From NCBI GenBank assembly GCA_964617075.1, contig CAZTVO010000002.1:1-44135 (forward strand): DNA of 44,135 bases. The letters run 5' to 3'. Within the stretch, counting starts at the first letter, position 1. Every line of letters starts with the position of its first letter. Origin of the DNA: an uncultured Jutongia sp. (lineage in GTDB: Bacteria > Bacillota > Clostridia > Lachnospirales > Lachnospiraceae). Shown here piece by piece: positions 37,919 through 44,135 of the stretch. The notes under the pieces are model-generated. The model ran no database searches. It was given only the letters and a program-made list of their open reading frames with translations, and was not told where the DNA came from. Made by a program: the position numbers and the translations under genes.

Positions 37919-37952
37919 TGCCAGCATTTGAAAAGGTTAGTGAGGAATGCAC

Positions 37953-39446
37953 ATGAGAAAGCAAAGTTTAAAAAGGGCGCTTGCATTTGGAATGGCGTTT
38001 GCGTTATGCGTTTCAGGCGTGACGGTTCCAAAAGGCGCGGATGCGGCAAAGCAGACAAAGTCAGTGAAGCTTAATAAGAAAAAGGCGACACTTTACAAAG
38101 GCGCGGCTAAGAAGTATTCAAGCATAAAGCTCAAAGCTACCGTAAAGCCTAAGAAGGCTGCGAAGGTTAAGTGGAAGAGCAGCAACAAGAAAGTTGCCAA
38201 GGTAAGCTCAAAGGGCGTAGTAACCGCAAAGAAGGCCGGCAAGGCTACTATTACGGCGAAGTCCGGCAAGAAGAGCGCTAAGTGCAAGATTACCGTAAAG
38301 AAGTGGGTAAAGGTAAGCAAGGTATCCGTATCAAAGAGCAGCGTTTCATTGAATGCCGGCGACACGGAAAAGATTAAGGTCAGCGTATCTCCTGCGAAGG
38401 CGTCTATCAAGGCGGTTTCATATAAGACAAGCAACGCTGCCGTAGCTACTGTAAGCGGCAAGGGCGTCATCACGGCGGTTTCAGAAGGAACGGCCAAGAT
38501 TACAGTAAAGGCTCTTGACGGAAGCAACAAGAAGGCAACAGTAACTGTAACTGTAAGCGGAACGGCACCTGGAACGAGCGCGGCTCCAAGCGAAGCACCT
38601 GGAACGAGCGCGGCTCCAAGCGAAGCTCCTGGAACGAGCGCGGCTCCAAGCGAAGCTCCTGGAACGAGCGCGGCTCCTAGCGCCTCTCCATCAGCTACTC
38701 CTGCACCGAACGGAAGCAGCAGCGGCGGACCATACTATCCGAACGCAAGTAGCACAGCAACTCCGAAGCCTTCATTTGATTCACAGACGGGATTTGCTGA
38801 AGATGGAAAAGACAATCTCCTTCTTGATCCGACCAAGACATTTGACACTCCGTTGGGCAAGGTAGATCTCGCACAGGCGAAAGGTGCCAATGATGCTGTA
38901 GATCGTTATCTTGATGGCCTGTTAAAAGACGGTTTAACTAAAACTCTTGAGGAACTTCAGAAGAAAGCGTTTGAGAACGAAAAAGGATATACTGTCGGTG
39001 ATACTAGTGTTGCGGTGACGAAGGATGCTAATTCGGATGAGTACACGGTTGTTGTGGCGTCGTCCAATGAAGGCGTTAGTGGCACATACAAGGTTAAATT
39101 GACGGCGAAAGATGGTGTCGAAGGCACTTTTGATGTGGTGGCGAACGGAACTCTTGATAAGGGCGCAGGAACTAACAGGACTATTGCCGTATTGAAGGAA
39201 GTTTCTTCTGGAAAATATGAGCTTACGAATGTTGAGACCAATGTTGGAAAGAGCGGTACAACTAGAACGTATGACAAGATAGAGGTAAATGTTTCCGATA
39301 ATCCTGATGCGGCCGTTGGCGGAAAAGTAATAGAGGTTCTAATAAACGGAAATACCATCAAGTATATATATGACAAAGATGGAAATGTTTACTCATTGTC
39401 TATTCCTAAGAAGTATCAGGAAAAATATAACATTCAGCTCGGCTAA
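37953..39446 (+). CDS. Secreted surface protein with two Big_2 (bacterial Ig-like) domains, Pro/Ser/Thr linker and unknown C-terminal domain
   Basis: Signal peptide; KWKSSNKKVAKVSSKGVVTAKKAGKATITA and YKTSNAAVATVSGKGVITAVSEGTAKITV. Confidence 0.88.
   Translation: MRKQSLKRALAFGMAFALCVSGVTVPKGADAAKQTKSVKLNKKKATLYKGAAKKYSSIKLKATVKPKKAAKVKWKSSNKKVAKVSSKGVVTAKKAGKATITAKSGKKSAKCKITVKKWVKVSKVSVSKSSVSLNAGDTEKIKVSVSPAKASIKAVSYKTSNAAVATVSGKGVITAVSEGTAKITVKALDGSNKKATVTVTVSGTAPGTSAAPSEAPGTSAAPSEAPGTSAAPSEAPGTSAAPSASPSATPAPNGSSSGGPYYPNASSTATPKPSFDSQTGFAEDGKDNLLLDPTKTFDTPLGKVDLAQAKGANDAVDRYLDGLLKDGLTKTLEELQKKAFENEKGYTVGDTSVAVTKDANSDEYTVVVASSNEGVSGTYKVKLTAKDGVEGTFDVVANGTLDKGAGTNRTIAVLKEVSSGKYELTNVETNVGKSGTTRTYDKIEVNVSDNPDAAVGGKVIEVLINGNTIKYIYDKDGNVYSLSIPKKYQEKYNIQLG
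38565..38682 (+). repeat. 30-bp tandem repeat, about 4 copies (APGTSAAPSE)
   Basis: GC(A/T)CCTGGAACGAGCGCGGCTCCAAGCGAA repeated. Confidence 0.95.
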
Positions 39447-39518
39447 TGAACTGATGCTTCCGGCTACAGTTTTGAGTGTTTCATAATTATTCCAAACAAC
39501 ATAAGATTTTGCTAAAAA

Positions 39519-39560
39519 ACCTATGCCTGGGTACCCCTAGCGGGGCATCCAGGCATAGGT
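39519..39560. other. Strong intergenic stem-loop
   Basis: ACCTATGCCTGG/CCAGGCATAGGT with inner CCCC/GGGG; U-run only on the minus strand. Confidence 0.8.
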
Positions 39561-39594
39561 GATAAAAAAGATAAAAAAGAGGGTAAATTTATTT

Positions 39595-40581
39595 ATGAAA
39601 AGGAAAATAAGAGCCGCGCTCGCATGGACATGTGCGTGCGCGCTGTCGCTTACGCTTTCGTTTTTTTCAAATGAAAGCACGGCGGGCGCGAGCGGCGTTA
39701 AGATAAATCTGAATAAGAAAAAGGTTGTTCTTGCCCAGGGCGCGAAAGTCAAGCTCAAGGCGTCCGTCGCGCCAAAAAAGCTTAAGGCAAAAGTCACGTG
39801 GAAGAGTAAAAATAAAAAAATAGCTTCCGTCACCAAAAATGGCGTAGTAAAAGGGATAAAGAAGGGCAGAACAAGCATAATCGCAAGCGTAAAGGGCAAA
39901 AAGGCGGTATGCAAAGTTACCGTAAAGAAGAAAAAGTCGTCCAAGAAGCCAAGCGCGACAACGTCTCCAAGTGAGACGCTGTCTCCAACGGAGACGTTGG
40001 CTCCAAGTGAGACGCTGTCTCCAACGGAGACGTTAGCTCCAACTGCGGCGCCAACAGCGGCTCCAAGCGGGACGCCAAGTGAGACCACGGCTCCAACGGA
40101 GACGTTGGCTCCAACTGCGGCACCAACCGAGACCGCGGCTCCAACTGACGCGCCGTCTCAAGGTGGAGGCGGCGGAGGAGGAACCGGCGGCGGCCAGACG
40201 GGCCAGGAGTCGCAAAAGCTTATACTTGGCGTAGAGACGATGGATATAGACGGCGAGACAAACACCTTATATTTTGTCAATAAGGATTTTGATGGAACGA
40301 TTCACCTTTCATTCGCGGGCAGTGAATACAGCGCGAGCGGAAGCGCGAAAGACGCGCTGATTCTTCTTCATAACGCGATTGATACAAGGACTAATTCCGA
40401 GGGAACGATAAAGATTGGAAGGGGAATTAGGGACGAATGGTGGACAGTGGAGGTTTTGGCGACAGGCGATAAGTACTACATAAGGGCCGAGACGAAAAAT
40501 AATGTAAATCCTAAATACGGCAGCGACTGCGGCATCATATATGTAAAGGGCGATGTTTCCTCAATCGTTAAGATCTACTAG
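39595..40581 (+). CDS. Secreted Big_2-domain protein with Pro/Thr-rich repeats and Gly linker
   Basis: Signal peptide; TWKSKNKKIASVTKNGVVKGIKKGRTSI; (S/A)P(S/T)ETL repeats. Confidence 0.85.
   Translation: MKRKIRAALAWTCACALSLTLSFFSNESTAGASGVKINLNKKKVVLAQGAKVKLKASVAPKKLKAKVTWKSKNKKIASVTKNGVVKGIKKGRTSIIASVKGKKAVCKVTVKKKKSSKKPSATTSPSETLSPTETLAPSETLSPTETLAPTAAPTAAPSGTPSETTAPTETLAPTAAPTETAAPTDAPSQGGGGGGGTGGGQTGQESQKLILGVETMDIDGETNTLYFVNKDFDGTIHLSFAGSEYSASGSAKDALILLHNAIDTRTNSEGTIKIGRGIRDEWWTVEVLATGDKYYIRAETKNNVNPKYGSDCGIIYVKGDVSSIVKIY
39964..40156 (+). repeat. Degenerate 18/12-bp tandem repeats (SPSETL/APTETL/APTA)
   Basis: (T/G)CTCCAA(GT/CG)GAGACG units. Confidence 0.85.
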
Positions 40582-40613
40582 CCGTCAGGCATAATATTGG
40601 ACGGAGGTCTGGA

Positions 40614-42173
40614 ATGAAACAAAAGATTGTGGCTCTTTTTGCGCTGGCTCTTGCCTGCGCGTTTGTGCCAAGCCTTCACGCGAGCGCCGGCAGCATAAAT
40701 ACGGCGGAGCAGGAGGTAATAGACGCCGCCGGGCAGCCCTTTTCCTATAATGGAAAAACCTACAAGATAAAAGGCTCCTACATCTCAAAAGGCGAGAGCA
40801 AAATGGCGGACGATAACGTCAATTTGACTGACTCGGAGGCGCGTTCCTACATATCCCAGCTTGAGGGGGCGTATCCCGAGCTTGTAAGCGAAGGATACTG
40901 TGATGAGACGAAAAAAAGCGGCGGCGAGGAAGAAGGCGAATCGGGCGAGGAGCCTGACGCGACGCCCGCTCCTACCCACTCCCCCAAGATGTCGAAGGAA
41001 AATATAGAGTTTTTAAAGCTTGTTTTGGGAAAGCCCACAAAGGCCGACAGAAACGACGCGAAAGAGGCCGCCGAGGCGCAAAACGCCGAGTCGGCGGATG
41101 GAAACATAACCGACGCGGCGCAGGAGGAGGACGCCTGGCAGGAAAATGTGCTTGGCGCCGTGTTTGATTTTACAAGCAAGGACAACAAGGCCGCCGCGGG
41201 ACGCGACGTTTCCGTTAAGATAGGAAAGAAGGAGTACGCCATAACCGACGGCGGCAAGGCGGACATGGATTCCTTTTACGACATGATAGGCATCGACAGG
41301 CTAAAGACCGCCGTTTTTGTCATACTTGGCGTGTCGGTGGCTGCGGCTCTTATTTCGCTTTTGATAATGTTTGCGAAAAATAAGGACGGCGGCATGGACA
41401 AAAAATGGCTCCTTCCCGTAAAGATTCTATGTACGATAGGCATCGCGTGCGCCTGCTTTTTAATCCTGTGCGTTTTTGGCGTGTATGCCGGAATGTTAAA
41501 TAAAAGCTCCTTAAACAGGCAGATAATGGAGAGCGACTATTTTTCGGGCGTTACTATGATGACGCAGGATTTGGCGAAAAAAGAGCTTAAAAAAGCCGAC
41601 TACGACAAAAACGTCGCCGAGGACATATTTTCGATGTCCAACATATATATAGTAGAAAAGCAGCATATAGACGATGTGATATCAGGTTCCACAAAAAAGG
41701 ACATCAGCATGAAAAAGATACACAAAGTGCTGACTGACGCTTTTGAGGACGACGTGGACGTGATAGACGGGCTTGAAGAGATTTACGCCGACGTGCTCTC
41801 ATTCGCTCCAGGCGAGATATTCGCGAAGGCCAAGAGCGGCTTTTTGATGTGGGCGATAATAATTCTTGCCGTTTCGATAATCTCGGCGTCATGCCAGGTC
41901 TTTGTGCTTTTAAGATGCAGAAGCTCGTACGGAGCGATGGGAAACGCGGCCGCGGGAGTGCTTTTGGCGTCTGTCGCGATGCTTGGCGTGTCGGTGGCGT
42001 TAAGGGCAATGGGCATAGATGAAAGCATAAAGTTAAGCCCCGTCTACTTTGAGCAGTTTGCGCAAAGCTATATAGTTTTTGCGATAAACGCGTTTTTCTA
42101 CATAGGCTGCATAGGCCTCGCGGCCGCGGCGGGCCTCTTCTTTTTGCGGCGGTATTTTAGAGATAACGCGTGA
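40614..42173 (+). CDS. Membrane protein with exported N-terminal domain and about five TMs
   Basis: Signal peptide ASA, acidic linker, hydrophobic segments in the C-terminal half. Confidence 0.75.
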   Translation: MKQKIVALFALALACAFVPSLHASAGSINTAEQEVIDAAGQPFSYNGKTYKIKGSYISKGESKMADDNVNLTDSEARSYISQLEGAYPELVSEGYCDETKKSGGEEEGESGEEPDATPAPTHSPKMSKENIEFLKLVLGKPTKADRNDAKEAAEAQNAESADGNITDAAQEEDAWQENVLGAVFDFTSKDNKAAAGRDVSVKIGKKEYAITDGGKADMDSFYDMIGIDRLKTAVFVILGVSVAAALISLLIMFAKNKDGGMDKKWLLPVKILCTIGIACACFLILCVFGVYAGMLNKSSLNRQIMESDYFSGVTMMTQDLAKKELKKADYDKNVAEDIFSMSNIYIVEKQHIDDVISGSTKKDISMKKIHKVLTDAFEDDVDVIDGLEEIYADVLSFAPGEIFAKAKSGFLMWAIIILAVSIISASCQVFVLLRCRSSYGAMGNAAAGVLLASVAMLGVSVALRAMGIDESIKLSPVYFEQFAQSYIVFAINAFFYIGCIGLAAAAGLFFLRRYFRDNA

Positions 42174-42207
42174 CGACAAAATTTTTTGACATACATGGGA
42201 GAGCGCG

Positions 42208-42933
42208 ATGACGGGTTTTTTTGACATACATACGCACATACTGCCGGGCGTCGACGACGGCGCCCGCGACTTGTCTGTAACAATACAAATGCTAAAGGCG
42301 GCTAAAAGCGAGGGAATAAGCCACATAGTCGCCACGCCGCATTTTGACGCGGGCGCGCGGGGCGCCGCAAAAAAGGAGCTTGAGGACGCCCTTGAGGCGG
42401 CAAGGTCCGCGGCAAAAGAAATCGACCCTGGGATGACGATTTCACTTGGAAGCGAGATTATGAACTCCCCAGGTTCCGTCGACGCGCTGAACGAAAAAAG
42501 GGCGAATGTCATGGCGGGCACAAGGTACGTTTTGGTGGAGTTTATGCCGTCCGACACGTACACCGACATATACAATTCGATGCACAATTACATAATGAAC
42601 GGGTATATCCCGATTCTGGCGCATATGGAAAGGTACGAAGCGCTGTATAAGAGGGAAGACTGTTTAGACGAGCTTATTCAGCTTGGCGTTTATATGCAGA
42701 TGAACGCCGCAAGCCTCATGGGAGGCGTCCTTCATAAGAGGGCGGGCTACAACAAAAAGCTTTTAAAGGAAGGATACGTCCATTTTTTGGGCAGCGACTG
42801 CCACGACGCGTCCGCAAGGCCCCCGCTTATGGAAAGCATGGTAAAAAAGGTGCCAAAGGCTGATATGGCGCTTTATGAAAAGATTTTAAAAGAAAATCCC
42901 CAAAAGATGCTTCGCGATGAATATATAGACTGA
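42208..42933 (+). CDS. cpsB: CpsB/CapC PHP-family tyrosine phosphatase
   Basis: DIHTHILPGVDDG, ATPH, AHMERY, GSDCH. Confidence 0.93.
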   Translation: MTGFFDIHTHILPGVDDGARDLSVTIQMLKAAKSEGISHIVATPHFDAGARGAAKKELEDALEAARSAAKEIDPGMTISLGSEIMNSPGSVDALNEKRANVMAGTRYVLVEFMPSDTYTDIYNSMHNYIMNGYIPILAHMERYEALYKREDCLDELIQLGVYMQMNAASLMGGVLHKRAGYNKKLLKEGYVHFLGSDCHDASARPPLMESMVKKVPKADMALYEKILKENPQKMLRDEYID

Positions 42934-42957
42934 CGCGCGGCCGGGGGATGCGGCGGA

Positions 42958-43704
42958 ATGGAGAATGATATGGAAAATTCACAAAATAACGACGACGAAG
43001 TGGAAATTGACCTAATAGAGCTCGCCGGAGTTTTGAAAAAAAGGATAGGCAGCATAATAGCGGCCACGCTTTTGTGCGCGCTGCTGTTCGGCTTTGCCAG
43101 CATATTTGTGCTTGAGCCAAGATACACCTCGACGTCGCAGATGTACATTCTAAGCGGCGGGTCGCTTTCATTTTCCCTGACGTCGCTGCAGGCGGGAAGC
43201 CAGGTCGCGTCCGACTATATGATACTTATGCAGAGCAGGCCTGTTCTTGAGAAGGTCATATCAAATCTCGGGCTTGACATGGAATATGAGGATCTAAAAG
43301 AAGATGTAAACATCGAAAATCTAAGCGACAGCAGGGTGCTTGAGGTGACTGTCGAAAACAACGACCCGTATATAGCGAAGGAAATAGTGGACGAAATAGT
43401 GTCCACCTCCTCTTCTAGGATAGTTGACATAATGGGGAGCGACCCTCCTACCATTCTTGAGTACGGACACCTTGAAAACGAGCCGGACAGTCCAAAGACC
43501 GCGAGAAACGTGCTGATAGGCGCGCTTCTCGGAGCGTTTATAAGCAGCGGGGCGTTCGTAGCCGCCTATATTTTTAATAACAACATAAGAAACGAAGAGG
43601 ACGTCGCCAGGTATCTCGGCCTTAATACGCTTGGCACAATACCTATGGAAGAGGGCAGCGCCAAGCGCATCAGAAAAGACAGGAGAAAAAGGAGGAAGGC
43701 GTAA
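42958..43704 (+). CDS. cpsC: CpsC/Wzz-like polysaccharide co-polymerase
   Basis: EIDLIEL, TM, PRYTST, SRPVLEKV, PDSPK, TM, LGLNTLGTIP. Confidence 0.9.
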   Translation: MENDMENSQNNDDEVEIDLIELAGVLKKRIGSIIAATLLCALLFGFASIFVLEPRYTSTSQMYILSGGSLSFSLTSLQAGSQVASDYMILMQSRPVLEKVISNLGLDMEYEDLKEDVNIENLSDSRVLEVTVENNDPYIAKEIVDEIVSTSSSRIVDIMGSDPPTILEYGHLENEPDSPKTARNVLIGALLGAFISSGAFVAAYIFNNNIRNEEDVARYLGLNTLGTIPMEEGSAKRIRKDRRKRRKA

Positions 43705-44135
43705 GTGGACAGCGTAAAGTTTGAGGATCTGGGACGGAGCGGCTACAGGGTAGGCGAGGCCTATAAGGCCCTGCGTTCAAACGTCCAGTTTTGCGGAAAG
43801 GACGTAAAGGTCATTTGCTTCACGAGCTGCACGCCAAACGAGGGCAAGTCAAGCGTCGCGTTCAATTTGTGCCGCTCCTTCGCCGAGGATGGAAAGCACG
43901 TCCTTTTGATAGACGCGGACATGAGAAAGTCGGTTCTCGCGGGCCGCTACAAGGCGGGCGCCGTCGAGACCGGCCTTACGCATTATCTCGCCGGCCAAAA
44001 AAGCATGGACGAGGCGATAATGCATACAAATATAGAAAACATGGACATAATATTTTCCGGCCCGTACGCGCCAAATCCCACAGAGCTTTTGGGAAGCGCG
44101 CTCTTTGAGGAACTTACGAAAAAGAGCAGGGACGA
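43705..44135 (+). CDS. cpsD: CpsD/CapB BY-kinase, truncated by the window end (absent from the ORF track)
   Basis: Manual translation from GTG at 43705: EAYKALRSNVQF...TSCTPNEGKS (Walker A)...LLIDADMRK...PNPTELL. Confidence 0.92.
   Translation, partial: MDSVKFEDLGRSGYRVGEAYKALRSNVQFCGKDVKVICFTSCTPNEGKSSVAFNLCRSFAEDGKHVLLIDADMRKSVLAGRYKAGAVETGLTHYLAGQKSMDEAIMHTNIENMDIIFSGPYAPNPTELLGSALFEELTKKSRD

Noticed and set aside
38565-40156. Tandem repeats as a CRISPR array
   Set aside because: No unique spacers; in-frame coding repeats; no cas genes
43791-44108. 105-aa ORF from the track
   Set aside because: Wrong frame; the real gene is the BY-kinase starting at 43705

Overview
Chromosomal window from a Clostridia-class Firmicute, probably Lachnospiraceae-like (inferred from gene content, sigma-A promoters, an S-box riboswitch and an L19 leader). 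From left to right: (1) a visibly AT-richer three-gene cassette: a secreted prodomain-less matrixin-like zinc protease, a protein with two repeats resembling the TIMP/NTR OB-fold and an apparent ATA start codon, and a lipoprotein; (2) metK under a SAM-I riboswitch; (3) a tightly coupled operon: FliB-like methylase, class II Fic, CHASE2-adenylate cyclase, endonuclease-IV-like TIM barrel, YhfC protease, glycosyltransferase, LtaS-like enzyme, lipoprotein; (4) housekeeping genes rplS, tRNA-Arg(CCG), pseudouridine synthase, ligA, metA, HisJ-like PHP, rqcH, plsC; (5) a Na+-pumping decarboxylase operon with two different carboxyltransferases; (6) an orphan ylxM; (7) a polysaccharide locus on the minus strand interrupted by an antisense gene, divergent from a structured leader, two Big_2 surface proteins with mucin-like repeats, and cpsB/cpsC/cpsD-type genes (the last truncated). 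No CRISPR array, integrase or transposase was seen. The best candidates for undescribed systems are the matrixin/TIMP-like pair, the Fic/cyclase/TIM-barrel module and the structured leader RNA. All family calls come from motif recognition by eye, not database searches.
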